A stretch of 64,000 nucleotides of DNA. Source: Octopus vulgaris. Taxonomy: Eukaryota. Every line of letters begins with the position of its first letter. Position 1 is the first letter of the stretch. The stretch covers positions 5,580,001 through 5,644,000 of the forward strand of contig OX597818.1 of the NCBI GenBank assembly GCA_951406725.2, given 5' to 3'. Position numbers and translations under genes: made by a program. This document shows, piece by piece, positions 44,123-56,990 of this stretch. The notes under the pieces were generated by a model, which saw only the letters and a list, made by a program, of their open reading frames with translations, was not told the DNA's origin and did not search any database.

Positions 44123-45189
44123 TTGGACGTGTTTGGTGCATTCTTCTTTTCATCTGCCACTACAGATGTAATGTTAGTAATGTAAAAAGTTTAATAGTAA
44201 TATTATTAAAGATATTACTACTCATACTAATATGAATAATAGTAACAAAAGGGAAAAATAATAATAGGATGTTTTTTTTTTCATTTATGTAAGTGAATTT
44301 ATTATTCTATATACAACGAAATAATAAATCTAAATTCTCTATGTGATTATTTGAAATATTTTATACTTTTTTGCTCCTTGTGTCTTATTATCTTTAACGT
44401 GTCAATTTCTACTTCCATTTAAATTATAAATAAAATGTTCATGGTTTTTGACAGAAAATTTAATATCTATGCTCAACTCATAACAATGATCGACAAAATG
44501 GACATAAGGATACGCAGCAACAATAAAAAGGCAGACCAAACATTATGTAAGAAATTCGACAACCACTACAAATATATGAGCAGAGAAAGCAACAATATCA
44601 GTCACCTCAGTAGAAGTAACATGTACATAGAGGAAATTTAGAAGTGAATAGTAGGATGAGATTTATGGACATACTGAAATCGGGTTCCTATGAACCTGGT
44701 ATATGTGTCAGCTTATAAAGAAGGGTAAAGTGTTTTTATTATCTTTATTCATCAGGGCATAACAAAAATGGTTTGTAATAAAATTATTTCCATATTAATA
44801 TGTTTTGCAACTACTGAAGTCCGTCATTACATATAGTGCCATGCCGCATAAAGTTGAATACATATCTATTTTGTAAAGCATATGTAAATACCTCTTCCTC
44901 TCTTTAACCCTTTCTTTATATATAGATATAGATCTATATGAATTTATATTGTGTATATACAATACGTACATATATATACATAAGAATCGCTAATGTTTTC
45001 AATATCATTATAATAACTAGTATTGTTAGTACATACGTATACTCTTTTGCAACTACTACAGCTACTACATCTGCCTACTATCTTTACCGCTACTACTGCC
45101 ACCACTCCTACTACAACAACCAACCCGACTACTGCCATTTCAATGACAACTGTCTAAGCTCGCCTAATCAGAACAACTGACCTATGCCT

Positions 45190-46270
45190 AAAAGAGTCGT
45201 GGTATTTCAATTTATATTCTACTTTCAAACGTTGAGATTATCCTTTTCATGATTCCAGATTCCATATCAGAATCGATAAAGTGAGTATCACTCATTGAGA
45301 GGTATCAGATAAGTCCATTAAACAATTCCCTCAAAATATGGAGTCAACTGTTCTTTCCGTACTTTTGTTTTATGTGTTACATATTTCTTACATATTTTTA
45401 CCTCTTTTTTTTTCAGAAGAAAAATTGCGTTGCCTTATTTTTGACACAAACAGTTAAGCTGCGATAGACATTATGTGGGGAGAGTAATGCACACTATGTG
45501 CTAATATCTTACATACAATGACTTCGTGGAACTTAGAATATCCATGCGGAGAACAGTCTATCAGAAGAGATCTGATCTTTAAGCCAACGCATCAAAACAG
45601 AGACAATGTCACTGTTTTACTAAACTATTCATGCGAAATATATTGGACTACGTTCATTTCACAAACTTGCAAAGTAGATGCAATTCTTCACTCTTTCGTA
45701 ATGGATAATGCCATTTCTTTATTTTCTTGCCTCTTAAATTTAAACTCTAAAATCACCCGGCTGGAAACAGTCAAATAATTACAATTATTAGTATCAGTCA
45801 ATTTCAGTTTTCTCAATTGATATGTATAAAATATTTTACACTCTACAATACTTGCAAATATTTTACAGCATTTGTGCACAGCTTTCCTTTTTAAACCATA
45901 TTTTGGGTTTCATAATTCATGGTAGCACAGTCTGAGAGAGAGAGAGAGAAACTGAATTCTCTTAGTCGTAATAGCTAAATAGAATATGCTTCTATTGCAA
46001 GGTATAATGATGATAGATCATATTTCACGCTTTCGGAATTTCACGCCAGTACAGCATTGGTCTATTTTCGAAATGTCATTTTATGGGAATCACCATCCCT
46101 GGATTTTCGTAAGTGAAATTAATTTGATGAAAGCAAAAATAGACATGATATATCATATAAAATGCATTAGGTGTAGTATTATGTGTCCCTGCAGATCAGC
46201 GTGTGTATTTTTACATATTCCATAACAGCGTCATATGTACAATGCGCCATTTTCTTTGTGCAGCAATGTA
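45190..46270 (-). pseudogene. possible decayed viral L-protein C-terminal/methyltransferase fragment
   Basis: A long minus-strand frame with sparse stops includes RSLLIDCSPHGYSKFHEVIVCKIL, which resembles the rhabdoviral MTase segment SSxxSEVYxVCK. Confidence 0.35.
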
Positions 46271-46388
46271 TCTAGACAACGTTGAAATTTTAAAGTATTT
46301 TTTTATTAATAAAATAACTGAACATCAGTGTATCTTAATATAATTATACGGTTTTAGGTTTTACGTAAACACAGATATTAGAATATAA

Positions 46389-49300
46389 ATGGACAAATAT
46401 TTATAAATTCCGAAACTTAGTAATGATTTTAATTCAAGTAAGATATTTCCCCGGGAATATACTGACATTCTTAGAACACGAACTTGATGAATTTAATCTT
46501 GATTTGGAAATAAGAAATATATAATGACATTCTTAAATGATAGAGTAAATGACATGCTAATATTTGGTAGGGATATACAGAGTGAAGAACAACTTTAAGC
46601 TTATTGACTACTTGTCTAATGGTAATGAACGTTCTGAGGGAAATTCAATACAATCTTATGTTAGTTTTGACGATAACTATTCAGGAGGTGTATTTGAGAA
46701 TGAATATCACAATGTAGATGCGGCAATTAGAATGTGATTTTACAAAATTGTCGATCTACATTAAACATGACTTAAATAGATTTTACTACGCAAATCCACT
46801 CCTGTTAAAGATAAAGTAATCATTAGGATTGTCAATGAGAAAAGTAAGCAGTCGTTAGTTCAATTCGTTGTTTCGGGGTAAAATGACATGTTGAATTGGA
46901 GCATACGTCACCAATTGCAAATAATCAATGTCACATGCTCAAGAGGTAATGTTATATTTGGAATGTTGAAACGTATGTGAGAATAAAAAAAAAGCAGCAA
47001 TAAAATAATGAAAGAGAAATGGAATGGTTTGGATATAAAAAAATATTTGGAATGACGAAATATTTTACTAATTATTTATCTATTTGGAAGGTTTCTTATT
47101 TTAACATCAAATCATCACTGAAAATGATATTAATCAAGACGTATGGAAAAATGACAACTCCTTTCCTGTCAAAAAATCATCTAATCCCATTCCGATCTTG
47201 AAGCTATGAAAACTGAAACATATACGTCATCAAATGAGACGACCCTGAGATAGATATTATATGATGCTATGAAGAAAGCTATTGTAAGCGCCGTTGAATA
47301 GATGAAATCATCCAAGAAAATTTCTAATAGAAAATCTTAAGGCAGAAATATGTAATAGCATAGGAATTTGATGGGTTTCAAGTGTTTCTTTTGGGAACAC
47401 ATCGACAGTTAACACTAAATGTTAAACTATAGCTTTTAGTTAAGTATATAGGTATTAATTCTAGAGAAGGGAGTTTCACATACATAATAAAGGAAATCCC
47501 CACACATTGCGTGAAATTACAAGTACGTCATTATATCCAACAATTCATACGATATCAAGAAAATTATTCTGGTGACTAAAGAATACTAGGCTGAAGAATG
47601 TTTAAGTATTCTGAAATTGTTATTGGAATATCGCGCATAACTATAAATGCTCATTAGTTACTTTCTAATTGTAATGAAACTTCAATGAATTAACAAATCT
47701 ATAATGATTGCAATTCCAGAGAGTAGAAACCATCACAATAAAGCATTCATCTTATTTGTCATTTAAAGATGCTTGCAGAAGAATGAACACTATATTTAAA
47801 TGCAATTAGATCTTGTTATTCGTTTCTGTATACCACAAATGCTAGCATTTTATCTCTCTCACGTTTTTCCTACAATATGTAACTTGAGTGACTAAAGCTA
47901 CGTATTTTCTGAAATCATTCGCTATAAATTGATAAATTTAATTCAGAGATCAAATATCAAATTGAATCTTCTATCATACTTACGAGGGACATTCAATAAG
48001 TAATGCCTCTGACCCACTTACAGTTGTTTGATCTAGCTGAAATTTTGCATGTGCAATTATTTATATCTTTATAGAGTAAGTGGCAAATTACAGCTCTAAA
48101 TTAATTGTGGCTTCTGATTTACAGGTGTTTGAACTGAGTCAAGTGTGAAATGGAGCCTGTTGGGTGTCGAGCAGTGATCCGGTTTTTGTATTTGAAAGGA
48201 CGCACACCACGGGAGACTTGATGAAATGAAGGTAACTTATGGTGATGATGCCCCATCATATGACCTTGTAAAACGCTGGCATCGTGAATTCAAACATAGT
48301 CGGAACTCTGTGGAAACAGCTTCCAGATCTGGTCGCCCCCTTCTGCCATTGATGAGGCATCTGTTCGTCAAGTTGAGGCTGCCATTTTGGAAGATCGACG
48401 CATAACTATTCGCCTAATAGCCCATGAGGTTAAGATTAGTACCGGATCTGTGGAAACTATCATTCATGACCATTTGCATATGCAAAAGGTGTCTGCCAGA
48501 TGAATTCCCAGGCTGCTCACACCTTTCCAGAAGCAAGAATGCGTCGAGTGCTTGAGGATGAATTTGGAGATGTGCCAAGAAGATGAGTCAAAACTTTTCA
48601 AAAGACTGATTACACAGGAAGAAACCTGGGTCCATCACTATGATCCAGAGACCAAAGCCCAGTCAATGCAGTGGAAGCACCGTGACTCACCTCCTCCAAA
48701 GAAGGCAAGGGTGCTGCCCTCCACTGGCAAGGTCAAGCTCACAGTCTTCTGGGACCAGGACGGAGTAGTGATGACAGATTTCCTGGCAAAGGATACCACA
48801 ATTACAGGAGCATATTATGCTTCACATTTAAGGAAATTAAGAGAAGCTATCAAAATCAAGAGGCGGGGCAAGATCAGCAAAGGCATCCTCCTCCTGCAAG
48901 ACAATGCTCCGGTCCACAACTCGCGTGTCGCCAGATCAGAAGCGCAGGCGTGCGGCTATGAACTCTTCCCCCATCCCTCTACTCTCCTGACCTTTCACCT
49001 TCTGATTTTCACCTCTTCCCAGCCATGAAGTTGTTTTTGAAAGGAAAGCGTTTCCCAGATGATGCAGCCATGATTTCTGAAGTCACGTCGTGGTTGGAGG
49101 ACCAAGCTGGGGTCTTCTACAAAAACGGTCTCCAGAGCTGCATCAAACAATGGGAGAAATGCGTAACTCTGGGTGGTTCCTATGTAAAAAAAAGTCTAAT
49201 AACTGTGCCAAGTTTCGTTGCTCTACTGCTATGGGAAGTGGGTCAAGGGCATTACTTATTGAACGCCCCTCGTATATATATATTTCAATATATGCCCGAA

Positions 49301-50413
49301 ACACGCATCAGATTTAAACATGTATGTTATACATATATAGACACAAATCCACATATATTAACGTGTATAGGACTAGGTTAATAAACACACCTTTTTCTCG
49401 TGAAAATGTTATTTACATTCCTAATTATATTTAAGCATGATTTACAAAAAAATTATTTAGACATTTTACTGTGATGCTGAAAATGTTTTTATGCAATGAC
49501 TTTTTGCACAAGTTAGATGCATCGAAGTGAATTTTAACATTCATTCACATTCGCACGTACACAAACACACGCACATATATACATATGTACATACATACAC
49601 AGATGCATACACACATACCTGGAGACATACATAGACAAATATATATGGAGGTAATAATGTAAATAAACATTCGATAATTATTAATGAAATTATAACCTAA
49701 AATATAATTAAAGATCATGAGCACATATTCATTATTATTTGATTAGTTTGCTTAATTTATCAGAATGGCATTCTAAATATTTATCATATCATCTCCAGTG
49801 TTTAATTTAGCCTTCTATTTTCCTATAATTTACAAATATCTAATATGTAATCAAGAACAATTTAATATATTTATCCGAGATATGTTTCTTGGTGACACTA
49901 CGAGGAAATAATTTGATATTGCATCTAGTCAAAATTTACTACTGTAAGAAACGCTCTTGAAGTTAATCGAGAATCACCGAAAAATAAAGAAAACAAAATT
50001 CATAGAATGATAGTTCAAGTGGCGACATCTATGTACATATTCTAACTTTCGGCGTTTTCGCTCATAGGATGGATGTTTAAAAATATTTCTACGCCTTCAT
50101 TACTTCTACGCCTTCATTCACTGCAACTTAGTGAATATTCCGACAATTAGTATCAAATATATACATCCCTAATGTAATTTTCTGATTTACTGTATGGAGG
50201 TGTTGTTATAATGAAATGATATGCTATGCTTATAGAGCACTTTCTGTTATAGCATACGGCAGCATACAGAAGTTGTGGCATACGGCAGTTTATTGATATC
50301 TTACTAACTTTCTACACTCTGCAAATAGTAGGTGTAATCTGAATATATGATTAACAGATTACAATTTTTAATGTTTGCTTTCTTTTCCCAGTTGCTTACA
50401 AATAATATATCAT

Positions 50414-50444
<31 letters not shown>

Positions 50445-50571
50445 AGCAGCATCACCATCATCATTATCAACAACCTCCAACACCATCATCATCAGCATCA
50501 CCACCACCACCGCCACCACCACCACCCTCATCATCATCATTATCAGTTATACATGTGTTCATGTGCGTATG

Positions 50572-50612
<41 letters not shown>

Positions 50613-51480
50613 GTGTGTATGTGTTTCTCTGTGTGTAATTGTGTGTATGTGTATGTACGTACGCATGTGTGTATGTGCATGTGTGGATGTATGTGTGCGC
50701 GCGTGTCTGTGTATGTATGAATGTATAAAAATTCCAAATGAAATACGTTGCAGTAAATATATATTTAGCATCCTAGTATGTTTATTATACATTCTGTAAT
50801 TTTTATATCTAACACTTGAACCGACATATGTAGATGCTTTATAGCATCTATTCCAGGACATTATATTTAAGCTTGCCATTTTATCTGAGGTCATGTATTA
50901 GTCTACTTTTGATGCTTCGTTCCGATTACTATATATATCAAGTATAAATTCACTCTTAAATATATGCCAAAAAATGATATACACCTGCCTGACTATTTTA
51001 CATATCAAGCGCAAAGTATAAGCAAAATTTCTTGCAAGAATATGCATTTAGTTTATCATAATATATGTTATTGCATAATATATGTTATTCCTGCTTAGGA
51101 AACTCAGTGTTGAGTACAATATTAGTCATTAACCAAAAAGTGTTTTCCAGATATCTGGACAAGAAAAAAGCCAATTGCTTGGCAAGCTTTTCATTATAGC
51201 ATTTGATAATAATGCTTGTTCTTCCATGAATAATGCTGTGCATAATTTCCCCCAAAGAATAACGGTCTGTTCATATCTACGAACTGATGATCCTTTATAC
51301 CGTCAAGAAATTGTACTTAAAATAATCGCAGAATATGTATGTGGGACCTGTGGAAATTCCACAGAACGAAAAAGATTAAGAGAAGGTATTTAAGAAAGAA
51401 AGGATGATTTGCATTTATATTTTTATCTTCCTAAGTATTTTTTTCCAGTAACAATAAAATACTATATGATTTTTTAAAAT
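46389..51480 (+). pseudogene. endogenous Mononegavirales-like L polymerase fossil, copy 1 (interrupted by mariner and microsatellites)
   Basis: Collinear decayed motifs: FLLGTHRQ (~47385), LSEICFLVTL..SKFTTVRNAL (~49870), GWMFKNISTPS (~50068), AYGSxTE (GxxT, ~50253), DAL*HLFQDIIFK (HR capping motif, 50833-50871), KNDIHLPDYFTYQAQ, ISGQEKSQLLGKLF..NFP. The 5' part (46.4-48 kb) is weaker. Confidence 0.65.
47983..49272 (+). mobile_element. full-length mariner (DD34D) transposon, transposase pseudogene
   Basis: TA-flanked TIRs cgagggacattcaataagtaatgcc / ggcattacttattgaacgcccctcg. ATG at 48150; ITQEETWVHHYDPE, LLLQDNAPVH and a frameshifted YSPDLSPSDFHLFP. Confidence 0.95.
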
Positions 51481-51747
51481 TTCCATCGCTCTTAAGCACA
51501 TTATATATCTTTAATATCTATCTCTTTCTCTTCGCTTCTCACTTCCACTAAGCACATGAGTGTCAGCATAATGCAACATCTGGCTATCACCTCTCTCGCT
51601 CATTGTTACACTCACTCTTATTCTCTCTCACTCTATTTCCTCCTCTCTAACAGAATAAAGCGTAATGTGTGAACGAACACGTAGAAGGATAATATAGATT
51701 CAGTTCAATATAAAATACACCTGTGCCTATATACATACATACATACA

Positions 51748-51821
<74 letters not shown>

Positions 51822-52293
51822 ATTTTTTTATTTATCAAGTACTAAATGTTGTCTAGGTTATATAGGATCTGCTCCAATTGACAACGTAGGTCAGGTAGGT
51901 ACAATAAATTCAGGGTGAATACTTGATAAATGTAAGCACCTGTATATGCCAACTAGTAGCAGTGGTGAGAGGATATATGTATCAAATGAAATAAAAACAC
52001 AGAACACAAAGGATGTCGAGGTACACGTGTTTCAAGCTTTATAAAACAACTTATTCTTACATCAATGTATAATCTACATAACAGATGGTTCAAAGCTCTC
52101 TCCAGCCGCATGCAATTGCTATACCAAAGACCTGTATGAAGTGGTATGAAGTGGTATTAATCCTTTGTATCATTTTTTTGCTTATCAAGTACTAAAGGTT
52201 GTCGAGGTTATATAGGATCTGATCCAATTGACAACGTATAAATTCAGGGTGAATACTTGATAAATCACCCTGAATTTATTGTACCTACCTGGC
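51822..52293 (-). mobile_element. retrozyme/PLE pLTR-like non-coding element with ~100 bp direct repeats and a central hammerhead
   Basis: Direct repeats at 51822-51930 and 52174-52264 (period ~350 bp), a short inverted copy at 52265-52293 and a hammerhead-like motif at 52016-52110. Confidence 0.65.
52016..52110 (-). ncRNA. type I hammerhead-like motif (core CTGGAGA)
   Basis: Minus strand: gcgg-CTGGAGA-gagcttt...aaagctt-GAAA-cacgt-GTA-cctc. Palindromic stem III ACACGTGT. Confidence 0.6.
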
Positions 52294-52603
52294 ACTTTTC
52301 TTTTTGGTTAATGACTAATATTGTACTCAACACTGAGTTTCCTAAGCAGGAAAGTGCAATAACATATATTATGATAAACTAAATGCATATTCTTGCAAGA
52401 AATTTTGCTTATACTTTGCGCTTGATATGTACAATAGTCAGGCAGGTGTATATCATTTTTTGGCATATATTTAAGAGTGAATTTATACTTGATATATATA
52501 GTAACCGGAACGAAGCATCAAAAGTAGACTAATACATGACCTCAGATAAAATGGCAAGCTTAAATATAATGTCCTGGAATAGATGCTATAAAGCATCTAC
52601 ATA

Positions 52604-53435
52604 GCCCACCTTTCCCATCGCTTTCTTCAGCTATATAGGCTTCACCTGTAGCTGTCGGTAAACTGCATATGGAGCCAACACTTTATCTTGGATATAAGTT
52701 TATTATCATCCGAAAAGTACTTCCCCTTCAAAAACGACTTCGTCGTTAGAAAGTAGTAGATGTCAGATGGTACAAGGTCGGGAAAGTAAGGAGGAATCGT
52801 CTTGGAGGAGGCAGACTACTTTGGTCAACATATCACGCCTCTCTGCTTTGATAGCGTCCCGCAATTTCTGCAGCAGAGAAGCTCCAAAATCCATCATCAC
52901 TACTCTGCACTGGTCCCAAAAGTCTGAGAGCCTCACATTGCCTGCTGTGGGCTGGACACGAGCCTTCACTGGAGGTGATGAATTATGCTTCCATTGCTGA
53001 ACTTTAATTTCAAGATTATAGTCATGTTTCATCCCGTGTGATAAGTCTGCTGAAAACGTCCTCCTCGTTTTCTTGGCACGTTGCCAAAAGAGGCTGGGAG
53101 CAATTGACTGGTTCCTGTTTCTGCAAACGCGTGAGCATCCGGGAAGCCCATCGTGCAGACAACTTCCGCTTGTGCAAATGGTAGTGAATGATGTTTTCCA
53201 CGGATCCTACACTTATCTTCACTTCTTGGGACAGTTGCCAATGAGTTATGCAATGATTTTCCAAAATTGCGGCTTCCACTTTAAGGATGGTGTCGTCATC
53301 AATAGCGGAATGCGGTTGTCCAGGAAGAGGAGCAGTTTCAACCGTTGTCCGACGACATTTAATCCAGCTATGTCGGTGCTTGACTACGTCGTATGATGGT
53401 GTGTCGTCGCCATAATATTCTTCATCAACACACAC
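52604..53435 (-). mobile_element. truncated mariner, same family as 47983-49272
   Basis: YGDDTPSYDVVK..RKLSARWASRMLT..RLITRDET, FWDQCRVVMMDF, CLLQDD. Confidence 0.85.
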
Positions 53436-53629
53436 ACACCTATATATATATCTGAGCGTTTGACTTCCTTTAAGGTAAATTTCTCCTAATCTTCTATTTA
53501 ATAGCGTGGCTTTTTACTCACCGCCTCTTACTCTGAAAGCAACTATAGGTGGCAGCAACAACAGTCCCCAGTCACATTTCCCACGTACACATACGCACAC
53601 ACACATACGCTCGTACATATAACTTTTAG

Positions 53630-54208
53630 ACAATGAGCAAATAAACAAACTCACTATAATATATCATAGAAAATCATTTCGGAAATTGTCTAAGGTTCGA
53701 AAAATTGATAAGGTAATATCAGATAAACCTCAGTCCAATCAAGATAAAACTATGTGGATAAATTACAGATTTTATAGCTTAAAGAATTCACATTTATGTA
53801 CCCATTTTCATCGTGCTCATTTTTTACAAGCGCAACATTTTAAAAATGAACACTGAAAGAATCACAAACAATATATTACTTTCTGGTACCTCTGTACTAC
53901 AGCAGATCTAATAAGTAACTATTAGGCAATAGATAAATTGTCCGAAAGCGGAAGAAATGTTGTAGAGCATTATGAAGAAAGAAAAGTACATACAGAAGAA
54001 ATAAATTCTTAAATGATAACGTCGTTGTGATGTCCTTGAATATCGTTTAGTTGTTGACTGTTCTTACTAAATATGTAATAACTACCAACGGGTAGATGAT
54101 GAAGGAAGGTTATAGGAGAGGAATCTTATCATGTGTTAAGTCTCATTACCAAATGAAAAGGATGGGGATAATGATAACGATGATGATGATGATGATGATG
54201 ATGATGAC

Positions 54209-54257
<49 letters not shown>

Positions 54258-54374
54258 GTGATGATGGAGGAAGTGGCGGTGATTGTGAGGGTGGTTGTGG
54301 CTGTGGAAGTGATGGTGGTGGTTGTGATGATGGCAGCGATTGTGGAGGTGATGGGTTGGTGGTGATGGTGGTGG

Positions 54375-54421
<47 letters not shown>

Positions 54422-56990
54422 GATGATGATGGCAGTATATTGATATACGATTGGTATCAAAATGACGATGGAGACAATTATTTGATGGTGATACTGTGAA
54501 TGTCGGTTTCGATAAGGTCATTCATAGTTGGATGGCATTGATGACAGTGATGCTGATGTTGACAATGATGAAGCTGAGCATGAGGACGAGGAGGATTATC
54601 ATCATAGTGATGATTAAATGACAGGGAAAGAGAAATAAGTGTCTGTAGTTAACTAGTTGCTATCCGTGTAGCAATCGAATTAGCTGCTAATAAGATAGCT
54701 GGAGAAAGAAAATAGGATATTACCCGTCAAGGTCTAGAAGTAATTCCATAGATATTCACCAGTAACAATAGAATCTGTGATAGATAATTACAAAGTGAAT
54801 AATCTAAACTACCAGTAAAAATAATTTATGAATAGGAAACCAATCAAATTACACCGAATCAGAGATTTACTTCTTATCATACCGAAACCAAGTTAATCCT
54901 TACGATTTTACATTTAGCGCACGGACAACAAAAGATTTTCTGATTTTGGTACAGGCGTATAAACGATAGGTGTTTCGGAGATATATTGTGTTAGGGAAAT
55001 GAGTTTATGTCGAAGTTAAAATGAAGATTGGCAGAAAATCGCTATGGTAGCATAATACTTCAACTAGCTTAAATAACTTGCTTATCAACATCGCCTTCAG
55101 ACATTGACTTCATAGAAATAGACGGCAAGTGAGTCTGTGAATAAAGGTGATTGATTTTAACTTCCAAGCGTTGCCTAAATTATGAAGGTTCTAAGAATTC
55201 AAAGCAATGTCTATGCATCAGGATATACCAATATTTGAAAATATATATTCTCTTCCGTGGGCCAATATATTGATAGAAGTGCAACATCATAAATACATCC
55301 ATATATAATCATACCTAATATATATATATATATATATGGTTTTTTGAGTTTGATATAATACATGTGTGTATTTATATCATAAAATAAAAATATAAGCAGA
55401 CGGCTGGTGTCAGATCATGGCATATATTTAAGCATATATTAAGCATGAAGGAAGAACTGAAGCATAGATCATAAGAGGTCGATAGATCAGTTCAAGAAGT
55501 CCGTAATAGTTATGGCATATGCTAGTGTTCTCCCTGAAGAGTTATAAGGTATGTCCGAATTATTGGTATTAGGCAGAGCTGGTCAGCACAGGTAGAATCC
55601 AAAGCTGGATGAGAAGAAAGGATGAAGAAAAGTGTGCTGAATTTTCCTTACTGCTGTTTCTACGCATGTTTTAAAGGACTCAGTAAACGTATACTCCGTA
55701 ACGTTAAGGTGCAACATAAACGTTCAGAATTTACCCGTTTAAACCTTACCCTCTCAAATTCATTGCGTTTGTTTCTAGAAGAGAAATGTGATTGGTCGCT
55801 ATACCATTCATACGTCCAGTCCTACTTCAGGTGTTGCAATTGTATGAATTGCAGCAGTATTAGGGTAAACTGTTTACGAAAATGAACTTGTAGACAAGTA
55901 GCATCGTGCCTGAGGAGAAGCAGCTGAACCTCTATGTAACACGTTAAAGTTATCTAATATTAGTTCGGCGAATCCTCTGAAACTCTGTAATACGTAACTT
56001 CCTACAGCACTCGTTTGACTGACTTATATTTTGTTGCACTTTTGTTGCTATATACTATAGGTGAATGGTGGCAGTCATCTTATTGATTAACACACTTTAT
56101 ATCAATAATTATCAATTACTTTGTGTTATATATTCAAGACTTTTCTATACTTTAAACTAACAGTCTGCACTACGAGAATACTGGATCTCACTATTATATA
56201 TGTTTATTAATGTTTATTAATAACTACAATAGTTTCGATCCATCTAACATTGATCGCCCACGGGTGGAATATTTAACAATTGGTTTAAGAGTATCCATTG
56301 GTATAAATGTGTCTCTTCCAGTGATTTCAAGATCTATCCCATTAAAATAACAACTGTTCCGCAGGATTTCTTCTCGGTTTGTGCATAGAAAAGCAGAAAA
56401 TTAAGGGACATAGCTTCACTTTTATAAAAGATGAATAATGAATAAAAGATGCAAAAAGAAACGAATACAAAATAGACCAACATAAATATTAAATATAACC
56501 GTTAACAGATATGGATATATAAATGAACACAGGAAGAGAAAAACATTTTCACATTACTTTTCATATAAGCATGAAGTTACATTTCTTTTTCTTTGTTTTT
56601 CTATTTTCGTGATATTCCTCCTTAATTATATAAGTAAAATTAATCTGTAAATTCATTAATGTAAAAGGTTTTGGGAATCAGTTTCTTAACAAATTGATCG
56701 TAGAGGTAAGTTATAGATATATACAATTTAGTAGGCTGAAACAAGTGGAGTGATTGAAGAATTGGTTTCATCGTTGCGAATTTAACAATGCCAGCGATCA
56801 ATTTCGGTGTATTTCATGTACTGTTTTCGTTTATATTTTGCTATTGTTAAGGCTTCTGTATTCAGACAGAAAAGACATACTTTGAGATCGCAAGTACTGA
56901 TTATATGTTTCCAATATAGAACACTTACATACCCACCCAAAAACAGACGTTCAAAGTTCAAACAAAAAACCTACAATTACACATATTCAG
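53630..56990 (+). pseudogene. endogenous Mononegavirales-like L polymerase fossil, copy 2 (N-terminal to pre-motif A region)
   Basis: Collinear motifs with frameshifts: KGDxILTSKRCLNYE (~55143), GQHR*NPKLDEKKG*RKV (55581-55634), ELVDK/SIVPE..RRIL (55884-55977), WF/IVA..MPAINFGV..FRLYFAIVKASV..FQYRTLT (56762-56930). The 5' boundary is uncertain. Confidence 0.7.
54170..54430. repeat. (GAT)n/(GGT)n microsatellite
   Basis: Directly visible. Confidence 0.9.

Larger units (their letters stand above)
50827..52603. repeat. ~310 bp near-perfect inverted duplication (50827-51140 / 52300-52603)
   Basis: tatgtagatgctttatagcatctattccaggac...cattaaccaaaaa is the reverse complement of tttttggttaatg...gctataaagcatctacata. 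Confidence 0.9.
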
